DNA from: Carcharhinus amblyrhynchos
Lineage: Eukaryota
Direction of reading: 5' to 3'
NCBI GenBank assembly: GCA_965287045.1
Contig: OZ336872.1
Span: 119,350,001-119,414,000 of the forward strand
DNA: 64,000 bases
Both the position numbers and the translations under genes were made by a program. Shown here piece after piece: positions 21,591-35,196 of the stretch. The notes beneath the pieces were generated by a model, which was given only the letters and a program-made list of their open reading frames with translations, was not told the origin of the DNA and did not search any database. The stretch's first letter is position 1, and every line of letters starts with the position of its first letter.

Positions 21591-24500
21591 TAAAATGTTT
21601 CAGGAGTACGTACACTCTTTTTATTTTACTGGAGCTCTGAGCACAGTCTGCAGGGCTTGCTCCTAGTTCAGAACCACAGACATGGTGCTGCTTAGTTGGA
21701 TTCGATTCTGTAGCTACTGGTCGTAATCCAGTAGCCACACTATAAACAGAGCCTGTGGTACTTCACACAGAATCATGGCCATAGGAGGAAGTGAAGCATC
21801 TGAAGACTGATTCAACCCAGTATGTTTTCAATGTGACATTGATGGTACCCTTCTTTTCCCTTCTAGCTGCCTGCCACACAGTGTCACCCTCTCCAGCAAC
21901 CTTTTCAATGTTGTTTTCCCTTAACACATGTACAAGACCCTGATCTTATACACAATGTGAAAACTTTATACAATATGCATTACTGTTCAGCGAATCTTAT
22001 ACCATATTTGGTTTTAGTCTGTTTTAATATGTTATTCCCACAGCAAATATCCAAATGTTCAGGTTGTCTGATGATTTATTACAAAACTCTGACATACGGA
22101 GCATAATTTTGTGGTTTGAAGATGAGTGTAGAAATCATAAACCAGAGTTTTGCACTACTGTTGGAAAAAACTTTTTTTTAACTTTTCAAAAGGGTTACAG
22201 GGAGGACAGTCAGGATTATGTTCACTTCATCCCACAATCTGAGTTGCAAGTATGCCAGGCATGTATGTGTGTGAATCCCTCTCTGCCACTCATAGTTTAC
22301 CACAGACTGTACCTGGAAACTGTGAGAGCCGCAATAAAGTTCCTTTGGGAATCCGATCTTACTCCTTAACTTCAGAGTAATTGGGAATATCATGCATTCG
22401 TTAACAGGCTATGCATGCGATGCCAGATGCCAGTAGATGGCAGTTGTAACCAGTTTCCAAGCATCTACATAATTGAAACTAGGACTCATTCACAACTTGA
22501 TTGTAAATGAGAGAAAAGTAAACCCCGTTATCACTCAGGTACTGGCAAAGAAAGTCAGATTTTAATAGCTCAGTGTTGGTCAGTAAATCAGTCCAATGAG
22601 AATTTCTGATATAAAATCGTCAGCACTTCAGAAGTTCTCAACAGTATGACTGCATGTGAGTTAGCTTCTAAAGATTTGTGTGTCTATCCTAACCTATTGT
22701 ATGGAATGTGATTGAGCCATCTATGGCTTCCTTCTAGAAGTGCTGAGATTCTATTGCAAGCTAATTTTATATCTGTTTCATCCAAGTTGTAAGTGGGTCC
22801 TTAAAAGCCAGAGCCTATGCATACCCCTGGGTCATGGAGTGACACAAAAATCTGCCTTCTGATGTAAGTTAGAAGACAAGACTTGGGCGTAACGTACATG
22901 CATTAACACAATGGACACCAGACTGGCTGAGACTCTTAAAAAGTCAAACAGAGTTCATTATCTCCCCTCGTTTAATATTTAACCAATATCAACGCTTTGA
23001 AAAGTGTTATCTAGAATACCATTCCTGCAGAGACCAGTATCTTTGTCTTCTTCTGACACGAGATATCTTTTACTCACAAATACTGTTGAATAGCTGTTTG
23101 ACAAGCTCTGGTGGAGTGGCAGAGCAAATAACCCAAAAGCATTCTTTACAACTCTTGTATCAGTCTTTTAAAGCAGACAATCTACTTACTCAGCATATGA
23201 GTGTACAAAAACAAATGGAAAAGACTGGATAAACAAATGATATATATTTTTTCAGTTATGCTACTTCTACAAAAAGAATGGAATGAATCAAAAAGGGCAG
23301 CTAGAGATAGATGAAAAGCAACTATCGACCAACCTGATACAGAAAGCAAACAGATTTTGTTTAACTACTAATTCTAAAACACTGCTTCAGAGTGAATCAT
23401 GCTTTTCTCAAAAGATTTGTACGCATATGACCAATTTGTCAGGTACCTTTCACAATAGACTATGCCAATTTTAGAACATTACATAGGAGTGTCTATCTCA
23501 AGGACAGCACTTTTTTTTAACTTTGCTAACCTAGCAGCCATGTTCTCTGTGACATCAGTCAATGTTTTTTACTGATTGATTGGCATATAAAAATACTGAC
23601 GGGAACCACAAATTGATTCTTAGGTCTCTCTTAATGATCCAGGTCGAAATCAGTGTCTGATAAGCAGAACTTTGTGCTTTATTTATAAATGTAATTTTAA
23701 GCTCTAGATTTGCTTTCTTGTTAAATTACCAATAAAGTATCTCATGGCTTTCCATTCTGAGGGTAGCTTTTGTACAGATAGCACAGTGGTTTACCTGGTT
23801 AATTTAGTATAGGTGTTGGTTTTGCTCTCAACCTCAGCCAGAATCCACATTAGAACCATATTAAATGCAGCTGAACTGCTTAAGTGTCCGGATGTGTCTG
23901 GAGAAAGCAGTACCACACCAGACCTGTGGAATCATCTATCAGTTTTCTGGCCTGACCTCCGTAGCAGTAAAACACCTCCCCCTCCCGCTGTAACATCAAG
24001 CATCCAATGCAGTGTCCCCTTAACCCAAAGCCATTAGATTTCACCGGGCCATGATGCCAGATGGTTTTGGACTTATTGAGTGTCGGTGGTATCATTCTGA
24101 TGGAGGTCACACGGGGGACACAAACACATGGATAACAACATTTTATTGGGAGAATAAAGCAGATTTTCAGATTGATGTGATTGTTCTCAAGGGAATTGAT
24201 TTCCACTGTGGGGGGTTTTATATGATAGCTGTTATTAATTCCGTAAGAAAATTGAAGCACATTGGTCACTACTTGAATGCCTGACTGCTGTTGGAGCTGA
24301 ATTAATTACATTTTAGTAATTTTCAATTGCCTTAACTGATTAACTTAGTCCTATCAGTAGAAATGACTCACGTAAAATGAGTGGCTAAATGCTATCTGGT
24401 TGGGTCCACAAATTGTAGAGGTACCAGCAGCTATGCAGTTTACTGTACATACACCAATTAAACAATTTTCCTTTGAAGAGACACTAAAGTCTCGTAGGAA

Positions 24501-24764
24501 ATGTTTCTACTAAGTTGTGTGGTGTACAAATGCATAGAAGTTGGGAATGCCCACTATAGGGAACAAGTAGGTCGAGAACAAGTAACATTCCATTTAAGAT
24601 TTGTGCATGGGCAACCGACCATCAATCTTAAAGAAACGGCACAATGAAACAAGGTGGGTGCGGATGGCAAACAGAAGTTAAGGGAGAACATTGTTGGTCA
24701 GATACCACACTGCAAAATTCAGGTACAACTGGTGTATTCAGCAATGCAGCAACATTGCTGCATC

Positions 24765-25110
24765 ATGGAATCACAGAAACCCTACAGTGCAGAAGGACAT
24801 CATTTGGCCCATCGAGTCTACACTGACTGTCAGGTACAGCATCTCAACCAGGTCCCATTCCCATAACCGCACGTATTTACCCCACTAATCCCCCCAACCC
24901 AAACATCTCTGATCACTAAGGGGCAATTTAGCATGGTCAATCCACCTAACCTGCACATCTTTGGAGCGTGGGAGGAAACCGGAGCAACCAGAAGAAACCC
25001 ATGCAGACATGAGGAGAATGTGCAAACTCCACACAGACAGTGACCCAAGCTAGGAATCAAACCCGGGTCCCTGGCGCTATGAGGCAGCAGTGCTAACCAC
25101 AGTACCACCC
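24765..25110 (-). mobile_element. HE1-type V-SINE
   Basis: Full-length on minus strand. Confidence 0.9.
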
Positions 25111-25544
25111 TCTGACCTACCTTAAAAGCAATATTTATTTCAATATTAAGAAAATAAAATACATCCCAAACTGAACAATTGAAATGTGAATGATGGTGAA
25201 ATTTGATGGCAGCATATGAGGTAAAACATTTCCGAGACAAAGCAAACTCCAAATACTTCCCTCAAAACAGCAATGTCACTGAGAGTTATTTTTGAAGGAC
25301 AGAAGACATACATTACAAAACCTAAGGATATATATAATATAAAATATATGAAGAACAATAAAGAATTATAACAAAAAAATGCAGAGTGAGATGCAGCAGC
25401 TAAATTCAGCCATCATAAGATGTTGTACTTGTACTCATTGATAGATAGATCTTCTTGTTGTCTCAACAATAAAAAAGGGATTCAATTGTCAGTGCCAAGC
25501 TACTGCAGCCCTTACTTATTGGAGGAGGTGGTAAACAGATCAAA

Positions 25545-25835
25545 TAAAGTTTACTTATTAGTATCACAAGTTGACTTACATTAACACTGCAATGAAGTTA
25601 CTGTGAAAATCCCCTAGTCACTACACTCCCACACCTTTTCGGGTACACTGAGAGAGAATTTAGTATAGCCAATCCACCTAACCTCTTTGGAATGTGAGAG
25701 GAAACCAGAGCACTCAGAGTGAACCCACGCAGTCATGGAGAGAACATGCAGATTCCGCACAGACTCAAGCCGGGAAATTATCCCAGGACCCTGCCGCTGA
25801 GAGGCAGCAGCGCTAACCACTGTGCCACCATGCGA
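25545..25835 (-). mobile_element. V-SINE, type-B tail
   Basis: rc of head, V-domain and type-B tail. Confidence 0.88.
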
Positions 25836-26820
25836 CCCTGATGAATGCTAAAAGGGACAATGAACTTCAACTCTAATTGAAAGAGAAGGTTTTAATGCTC
25901 CACTCTTTAGAGGTACAGAGCCTTGGGTAGAAAGAACCTAAGAACTTCTTCACGTTTACTCAAAAAAAGTTCCAGATTAGTTATAGGGGATATCTTCTCC
26001 AATCAGGCATTTGGACATGGGACTACTGAAAACTTTCTGTTTCAAAGAATGGTCCCCATAGCAATTAGGAGATCCCTGACATAAGGTTGGATCACCCGGA
26101 ACTGCGAGACTGAGACAGAAAGGTGACTTAAGACAGAAGACCATTTTAAAGGAGAAAAAAGAACCATTGCCAAAATGTCATCATAGCCTTGAGCTATTGA
26201 AGGTTTGTTGGTAACATACAATGCAACAGACCTCCTATGGTCAGTCAGAGTGTTTGAAATAACAAGGCCAACAAGTAAGATATTCTTCCATTTTAAGACT
26301 GAGCGCTGCGGTGGGGGGGTGGGGTGGTTGAAAATGTGAAGCTTTTCTCACCGCAGCTGCTGGCAGGAAACCACACCAAATCTTCCAGCCCTTACCTCAT
26401 TATTGTGCCCCCAGCTGTTTTATGCTGTATTGCAGGCCTGGATGGCATGTAGTTTGCCGGTCTATCTGGGGGCCACATTGAAAAGGAATGCAACATCACT
26501 GACCCACTATTGAAGAAAGAAGGTATATCCCCTGAAAATGGAGATGGATCCCTGAGAGCTCTCTGAGCCACAAGATGGACCTTGTGGGACCTTGTGGACC
26601 AAGGTGGATCTTGTGGGATTCTTTGTATGGTTTGCTTCAGTCGAGAGATTTCATTTTAAGATATTTCTGCCTATGTAACTAACTATGCTAATCTTTAAAG
26701 CTAACTTGGCCACATTTTAAACTCAGTTGGGAATTCTGGGATGATCTTAGAAATTGACTGCACTCTTTGCAAACTCAGTGTTAGCAGGAATGACTTCTTC
26801 ATAAAGTTTTTCAATGCAAA

Positions 26821-26990
26821 GGGTCAGTGCACCTAACCAGCAAGTCTTTCAGAATTTGGGAAGAAAGCGGAGCACCCGGAAGAAACCCACACAGACATGG
26901 GACGAACGTGCAAACTCCACACAGACAGTGATCCAATCCGGGAATCGTACCAGACTCCTGGCACTGTGAGGCAGCAGTGCTAACTATCAG
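26821..26990 (-). mobile_element. V-SINE 5' part (type-B-like, 3'-truncated)
   Basis: Head and V-domain with CTGAAAGAC..GCTGGTTAGGTGCA, as in type-B copies. Confidence 0.8.
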
Positions 26991-27759
26991 TACAGGGTCT
27001 GGCGGTGGAATCAGTCCCCAATCTCTCTCTCTCTTCACTTCTGTAGTATTAATTTTAAGTTTTAATCAATAAAGAAAATTGTTTCTAAAATTGTGTCAAG
27101 TGCTGCCAACTTCTATTCTAAAGAATGAATGGACCCTACATTCATTAGGGTCCATTCTGAGGCTAGAAGAGGGACCTCCTATCTGGAAGGTACACCTGCA
27201 GATGCTTCCCTGACCCAGTGCCATGGTGTTCCAGGGTCTGCAGCTGCGGGCGACCTCCATCCTGAACTCCGGAGCAAACCCCAGGCATTGTTCAGATGAT
27301 CCTCAACATCTCCTCGCCATATTATTCCACATGAGTTTCATGCCGACGTATTTTCCTACCGACATCATGGTGAATCTGGCATCGACAGTCAGGCCTTCAT
27401 CTGCATCCTATTAATGGGATAAAATTAGGTTCACGCCAGTCTCTGGCAGGCTTTCCATCGTGGCAGGCACCAGCGGAAGATCCCACTGCAAATCCGCACT
27501 GGCGTGAAATCAATCTCTGGACCTCCTGTCATATTCTCACCCCATCCTCACCATCGAACTAGCAGGCGGGGGTTTGGAAGTATTCCACCCACAATATAAT
27601 ATTATCAGAGTTATTGCACTGACTAAATATGTGAAATTGTTTGTACTGGTGGTATGACAATCAAGTTTACATGACTGAATTTGGCTATGAAAACCATTAT
27701 TTTTCTAAAATATTCAACCATTTAATTTTGAAATTAAAATGTGCAAGGAGGCAAATAGA

Positions 27760-28260
27760 GCAGCAAATATATGCACAGCAAGGTTCCGTAAACAGTGGCA
27801 CGCCCCATTTATTTTTGGTAGCACTGACTGAGGTGTAAGTATTGACTCAGACATTAGGAGTTCATCACAGCTCTGCCTTTAATTGGGCCACAAGCTCTTG
27901 GATGTCCACCTCAGCAGGCAAGCAGGGTGTCAGTTCAACATGTCATCTCAAAATATCTTATCAGCGGAACACTGGTTCACTAATGTCCTTTAGGGAAGGT
28001 AATCTGCCCTCCTTACCTGGTCTGGCCTACATGTGACTCCAGAGCCACAGCAATGATTCCTGGCTGTCCTCGGGCAACTAGGGATGGGCAGTAAATGCTG
28101 GCCAGCCAGCGATGCCCATGCCCCACAAATGAATTAAAAAAACTCTCCACAATACAGCTCTGTCAGTTGGAAGTGGCAGCCTGGATTACATCCTTGAAAT
28201 TTGCATTTGAGGCTTGAATCTAACAACCCTCGTGACTTAGAATGCTATTGCTGACTGCTA
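27760..28260 (-). mobile_element. Deu-SINE relic with nested 3' half of a tRNA-derived SINE (27968-28142, +)
   Basis: Flanks match 2570-3012; insert matches rc of 54445-54620. Confidence 0.6.
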
Positions 28261-29744
28261 ACAGTATCTGAATTCCTGAATTTGATTAATGTTGTGTGAT
28301 CTAATACCAGCCAACAGCCGTATCAATGGGGACATTTTATATGGGGGAGGTGACATTTTAACAATATCTCTTTGTATTGCATGTATTTCTCCACGCAATA
28401 GAGGAGAAAGATGCAAGTTCAATAGTTCTTGCAAACCTGAGAGAAATCAACATGTCATAGCGTATACACAGATAAGTTTTAGCTAACATTGCAAAGTCAT
28501 TGTGAATCAGTAATCAACTTTGGAGACAGTGGACTTTAAGATCAACAAATTAAATATTGATATTAACTATTAAATGTTTAAATATCATGTTCAATAGATG
28601 CCCTTCTCCAAGTGGACAGCTCCAACTGACAAGTGTTGTCAAGGTTACATTGAGTACGTTCTATGCACTTTATATGACACGCAATCTGATTTTCCATTTT
28701 CCTTTATAATCTTTATTAGTGAGGTAAATAATCTGAGTTATCTCAAGAGAGTGTTGCAATGAAGGGTGTATATTATGATGAAATATCATGGTGAGAAATC
28801 CTGGACATATCAGAGGTTATTATAAGGAATGACCTTGAATAAAGCGTTGTACTAAATGGGCAGGATTTTCACCGCGGTGGGATGATTCAGGAGTTCTTTA
28901 AAATGCCAGCCAGAGCCAAATTCCCGGATTCCTGGGTTTCCAATTTTGAGGAGTGCCTTATAAGGGTGTGGGCTGGTTCAGGTCACAAGCCAACATCCTG
29001 CACTCCTGACCTGGCTGGTCCCATTGCAGGGGTAGGTATATCCTAGTCCTCCACTGTTCTTATGGAGTTAGGCCAGCTTTTCAAAGAGACTTCTCAGGGT
29101 TGTGAGCCATCATCTGCATGAGGGGTCCTTTTAAAAGGTAAGTTCAAAAGCTCCTCCTCATGCCCACTCTGCCATTTCCATGGTATACTTTTCCTAAACA
29201 TTCCCTATGGCCCCTCATTCCTTTCATGCTTGAGGGCTAAGCTATAGCTCCCAAACAGCCCCTATATCCTCTCACACCCCAAACACCAAGCAACGCACCC
29301 CATCCATCCTTCTTTAGCTCCTCATGCCTCCTATGTTAAGCTAGTCCCCCAAAATATTCCCTATGTGTCACTCTTGTGCATCTTCCTCCACCAAGCAATG
29401 GCATTTTCATGCCCATTCACCCACTGTACACTTTTTAGAAGCAATGAATTCTATAGTGACAGAAGGATGTACAAAAAAACTTTTAAAAAAGTAATTCTTT
29501 GGTAACTTTCCATTTCCTTACAAAATAAATATTTTCAGTCCAGCCCAATGCTGATTTCAATCATCCAGACACTTTAAGTATCAATAATGAAGCATTTAAA
29601 ACCTCATTATTGTATGTAAATAAACAAGGTAAAACTGAAGATTTTAATATTTTTCCTAAAGTGCAGTGCCCAGAATCAACAGAGATACGAGGTGGGGCCA
29701 CACTTGCTCTATAAAGATTTAACATCACTTCTACCTGTTAGTTT

Positions 29745-30022
29745 TTAAAGCTTTGTTATTAGTATTACAAGTAGGTTTACGTTAACACTGCAATGAAGTT
29801 ACCGTGAAAATCCCCTTATCGTCACACTCTGGCGCCAGTTTGGGTACACTGAGGGAGAATTTAGCATGGCCAATGCACCTCACCAACACATCTTTCGGAC
29901 TGTGGGAGCAAACCAGAACAGACACAAGGAGAAAGTGCAAACTCCGCACAGACAGTGGCCTAAGCCAGAATTGAACCAAGGTCCTAACGCTATAAGGCAG
30001 CAATGCTAACCACTGTGCCACC
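29745..30022 (-). mobile_element. V-SINE, type-B tail
   Basis: rc of head, V-domain and type-B tail. Confidence 0.88.
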
Positions 30023-31074
30023 AACGTCATAGGTCCCAAGTGCTTTTTCAATAGCCTTCTCAAATTGTCCTGTCACCTTCAAAAATTTATGCTCATGCAC
30101 CTCAGATTTCTCTGCATTTGCACCCTCTTTAAAATGGTAATACAATCAAAATAAATGAAATCCACCAAAATTGAAGGTGAAATAACAAGTGATAGAAGCA
30201 AAATCAACAGGAGACAATCAGAATATGGAGATAAACCACTCACTCACTGGCATGTCATTGCTCCAGCATTCAGGAACTCTGCAACCCAAATCAACTTGAT
30301 GGCTGTTTTTGGTGATCTACCTCTGCCCATCCTTCACAGATTTCCCTTTGTTATTTCTCAGTTCACGGGAAAGCACAAACATCAGTGGTAATGTTTGTTT
30401 CCCCTTTCCTTGCACACAAGATTCATTCATCACTGATGCTAACCAATGATGTCCATTGATCTCTCTATTTTCTGAAAGTCTGCCGCACTTCTCACTGGGA
30501 AAGAGATCTGTGGGCTTTTAAAATTCACACTTATATTGTGCCACTGGCAACCAGCCACTTTCACATTATCACCAAGTATTTAATGGAATTGTTTCAGACT
30601 TTAACGGTCTCATCAACAGAAATAGGTAGGTTCAGAAGAAAGGAAGAGAATGAATGGAGGCAACTCTGTAAGAGATTTGTCACTGTCTTATCAGTGCTAT
30701 TAGATTGTTGAAACATACAGAGGAAATCAATAGAGAGTTTACAGCACATCAAAATGGTTTTTCTTAACTTTAAAAGTTAACAATTAGATTAATTTAGTAT
30801 TGTTTTATGTGCTGTAATGGATTGATTGCACTGGGCTATGAGCAATTTAATTTAATTTCTCCTCACTACCAGCCCCCAACACATGAACATCCCAGTAGGA
30901 TTAAATCTGAAGTCAATTTGCTTCCGAATTTAGTTCATTTACCATCAACCTCACTCCTCACTGGCAGGACAAATCACAATGAAGAATCGTGGTGCGAATA
31001 CATGTGAAGAGAGAAATCTGACTGGCTAGCAAAAACATTCAAACCTGGTGTACTGACACTTAATTGTTCAGACA

Positions 31075-31222
31075 TGTCCAAAAGACGAGTTGGTTAGGTG
31101 CATTGGCCATGCTAAATTCTCCCTCCGTGTACCCGAATAGGCACTAGTGGTGATTAAAGGATTTTTACAGTAACCTTATTGCAGTGTTGATGTAAACCTA
31201 CCTGTGACACTAATAAATAAAC
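31075..31222 (+). mobile_element. V-SINE type-B 3' half
   Basis: V-domain end plus tail ending GTGACACTAATAAATAAAC. Confidence 0.85.
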
Positions 31223-31719
31223 TAGTAACGTACTGGGAGTAGAAGTGGTTTTCATATGGATGAAATGAATTGGAACACTATGCAAGAACATTAGGATTAT
31301 TTTTGCTTCCCATTGTAGTATCTGAGGAAATTAGCGGAGAATCTCTGAGATGTCATAATATGACCAAGCATTTGTTCTTCCTATTAACCCATGACTAGGG
31401 GAGTTGTGTAGGAACATGATCTGGTAAAAATGCAGCAAGTGCCCAAAGCCCAACATTCAAAGACGCGCAGGCTGGACTTTCCACACTCCACTGTGGCATG
31501 TTTTCTGCTGGCAGAGGCAGCTTACCATTGGCCACCAGCGGGATCTTCTGGTCCTGCCAATGTCTATGGCATTTTACATAGCTCGCCCATCCTACTGCTG
31601 GGGAACCCACTGCAGAGGGAATCAGCTTCAGCAGGTCTGGAAGATCTCACCAGTGGGAAGGACTGGAAAATCCCACCCTCAATGTTTGAACTGAGGATGG
31701 TAAATCAGCACAGAGATAA

Positions 31720-32150
31720 AACAGAACATCAGGCAGAGTGGCAGCAGAACCCCCTCCTTCCCTCTCATTGATCTCAAGCAGAGTGGCAGTGGATCACCCC
31801 CTTCCCCCTCACTGAACTCAGGCAGAATGGCAGTGGACCCTCCCTTCCCCCCCACTGATCTCAGACAGAGTGGCAGCAGACCTCAGCTTCCCTCTCACTG
31901 AACTCAGGCAGAATGGCAGTGCACCCCCCCCGCCCCGGCTTTCCCCTCACTGATCTCAGGCAGAGTGGCAATGGACTCCCCCCTTCCTCCTCACTGATCA
32001 TAGGCAGAGTGGCAGCAGACCCCCCATTCCCTCACATTGATCTTAGGCAGAATGGCAACAGGACCCCTCTTCCCCCTCACTGATCTCAGACAGCCTGGCA
32101 GCAGACAGCCTCCTTGCCCCCCTCTCCTCACCAATCTCAAGCAGAGAGTT
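31720..32150. repeat. Minisatellite, ~42-44-bp unit, ~10 copies
   Basis: Unit ~CTCACTGATCTCAGGCAGAGTGGCAGTGGACCCCCCTTCCC, head-to-tail with no unique spacers. Confidence 0.92.
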
Positions 32151-33749
32151 GTCGGACGCTCAGCACCTACCTCCTCACTAACTGGAGCACCCGAATTCGA
32201 CTTTCTGCAGCATGTCTGTTTTGCACCAAATCTGGATGGGTGAACACAGTGGTAAAGGGGGAAGTACCAGTAAGGTACTTAGTAGTCAATTTAGTAGTGT
32301 AGTCAATTTAAACTTATGCAATTGGTTGTCATGTCTGTTTCAGGCGCGGTCCTGATTGCAGCCATTTTAAGGTCTTAAGGTCTTGGCCATATTAAATAGT
32401 CCCTCAATGCCCAAGATTAGGCGGATTAGCCATCAATAATGCTTGGGATTAGGACGGGGAGTTGGACCTAGCTAGGATGTCTTTTGGAGGGTCAGTGTAG
32501 GCTTGATCGGCTGAATGGCCTCTTTTGCACTGTAGGGATTCTATGATTAGCAATTTGTGTCTTTTGATTACTATGCGAAAGGATACTCTTATATTTTAAT
32601 ACCTTAGCAATATGTCCCCAACTACAGTACATGAAGGAAAACTAAAAAGGAAAACACCAATGATTGCAGGCCCAATACGCTCATCCTTTCTTCAATAAGC
32701 AAACCCCACATCCCAGGAATCAACCAAGTGAACCTTCGCTAAACTTTTTCCAATACATGTATGTCCCTCCTTAAATGAAGTGGCCCAAACTGTACACAAT
32801 ACTCTAAGCCTACTCTCTCAAATGCCCTATGCAACTGTAGCGTGACTTTCCCACTTCTATACTCAATCCCTCTCGCAATTGTTAATGGTATGTTAATTAT
32901 ATTGTTAAGATACACAACTGAAGGACATTGTTTAATTAAGCACTTAAAGCACTTGTAAAGAAAGACTGGAGTCTGTGATGTATTGAATAAAGCATCTGAC
33001 CATGGATCAGAAGCTGATAACTTCCATTCATACTTGGCTCACAGTTTTAAACAAACGTTGCTCCTTTAAGAGATGGTTATTTGTTAATTAGTTTCTATGT
33101 TTAACTATTGTGCTGAAAAAAATATAAAGAGAGACTTCTGGGAAACGGGATTGATAGGGAGAAAGCAGACATGTAATGCTTTGAATAAATCCATTATCAA
33201 GAAAAGCATTAGTATCTGGTTTCAGAATTCACCAACTGTCTTGAAACTGATATAATAGCAATAAAGACCAACTTTCTGTTTACCTTCTAGCATTGCCATG
33301 CTAACTTTTTGTGATTCATATAAAAGGACATCCTGGATACCTCTGTAATGAAGCGTTCTGTAGTCTCTCTCCATTTAATATTCTATTCCTCCTACCTAAG
33401 TGAAAGGTCTCACCTCTCACATGATACTCCATCCTCCATTTTTTTGTCCCCTCACTTAGCCTGTCTATATCTATTTGCACTCTTTGTATCCTCCTCACAA
33501 CTTGCCTTCCTATCTATGTTTGTGCTTTCAGAAAATTAGGCTACAATACGGTAAATTCTTTAGATCATAAATAATTGAAATCCCAACACTGATCCCTGTG
33601 GAACTCCAACGGTTAGAGTTTGCTGTCTTGAAAATAAGCCATTAATCCTGACTCTCTGTTTCCTGTTTATTATCCAGTCCTCCAGCCATGCTAATAAATC
33701 GTACCAGTACCATAAACTCTGATCTTGTGTCGTAACTTTTTATGCAGCA

Positions 33750-34066
33750 TCTCACCAAGGCCCTTTGACAGCATGTTCCAGACCTATGACCTCTACCATC
33801 TAGAAGGATGTGGGCTACAGATGCATGGGGAAACCATCACCTGCAAGTTCCCCTCCAAGCCACATATATCCTGACTTGGAAATTTTTCCTTATTTCTTCA
33901 CTGTTGTTGGGTCAGAATCCCACAACTTGATTCCTAACAGCATTGTGGGTGATCATTCACCAGGTATGAGGGCAACTCACCACTATCTTCTCAAGTGCAA
34001 TTAGGGCTGGATAATAAATGCTGGCCTAGCTAGCAGCATCCATGTCCTATGAACGAATGGAAAAAC
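33750..34066 (+). mobile_element. 3' end of a second CR1-like lineage
   Basis: Tail GCAATTAGGG..AATAAATGCTGGCC..GAATG shared with SINEs at 27968, 54445, 59812. Confidence 0.65.
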
Positions 34067-34121
34067 GAATTACAAATGCCTTTTGGAAATCGAGACACTG
34101 GTTACTTTATCCCTGCACATT

Positions 34122-34413
34122 AAAGTTAAAGTTTATTTATTAGTGTCACAAGTAGGGTTACATTAACATTGCTATGAGGTTTCTGTAAAAATCCCATAAT
34201 CGCCACATTCCGGCGCTTGTTCAGGTACACGGAAGGAGAATTTAGCATGGCCAGTTCATCTACAGAGACTGTGGGAGGAAAGCAGAGCACCTGGAGGAAA
34301 CCCACACAGATACGGGAGAATGTGCAAACTCCACACAGTCAACCAAGCCAGGAATCTAAGCTGGGTCCCTGGTACTGTGAGGCAGCAGTGCTAACCACTG
34401 TACCACCGTACCA
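34122..34413 (-). mobile_element. V-SINE, type-B tail
   Basis: rc of head and type-B tail. Confidence 0.87.
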
Positions 34414-34780
34414 CCCATTAAATCTTCAAAGAACTCTAACAAGTTTTCTCAAACACAATTTTCTTTTCACAAAACCATGTTGACTTTGCTTGATAATATT
34501 GTGATCCTCTGAATAATCTGCTACTAAATCGTTAATAAAGGATTCTAGCATTTTTCCACTGACAGATGTTCGGCAAACTGGTTTTGTACTTTTCTGTCCC
34601 CCTTCTTTCCTGATCAGAGGTTTGTGGTTTTTCAATCCAATTCAGAACCTAGAAAATTTTGGAAGTTTATGGCAAATAAATTCACTACCTTTGCAACCAT
34701 TTATTTTAAGACTTTACGATGTAAGCCATCAGGTCAGCCTTAAGTCCCATTATTTTTCACCAGTGATGATGATTATTTTA

Positions 34781-35196
34781 AGGGTGGCATGGTGGCACAG
34801 TGGTTAGCATTGCTGCCTCATAGGCCAGGGATCCAGGTTCGATTCCGGGCTTAGGCACTGTCTATGCGGAGCCTGCATGTTCATTCTATAGTTGCGTGGG
34901 TTTCCCCCGGGTGCTCTGGTTTCCTCCCACAGACTGAAAGACATGTTGGTTACGTGCATTGGCCATGCTAAATTCTCCCTTAGTGTACCCGAGCTGGTGC
35001 TGGAGTGTGACGACTAGGAGATTTTCACAGTAACTACATTGCAGTGTTAATGTAAGCCTACTTTGTTAGGTGCATTGACCTGAACAAATGTCAGAGTGTG
35101 GCAGCCAGAGGAATTTCACAGTAACTTTATTGCATGTAAGCCTTACTTGTGACTAATAAATAAACTTTTAAAAAAATTTTGTGACACTAATAAATG
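34781..35196 (+). mobile_element. V-SINE, type-B tail, with a second 5'-truncated copy nested in the tail (~35064-35178)
   Basis: Tail split between GTAAGCCTACTT and TTGTGACACTAATAAA. Confidence 0.87.

Noticed and set aside
22055-22369. 104-aa ORF after an acceptor-like site
   Set aside because: No recognisable domain, runs through an A7/T8 tract, and has only a weak donor.
31720-32150. CRISPR array
   Set aside because: Units are contiguous and mutually similar with no unique spacers; no cas genes; vertebrate DNA.
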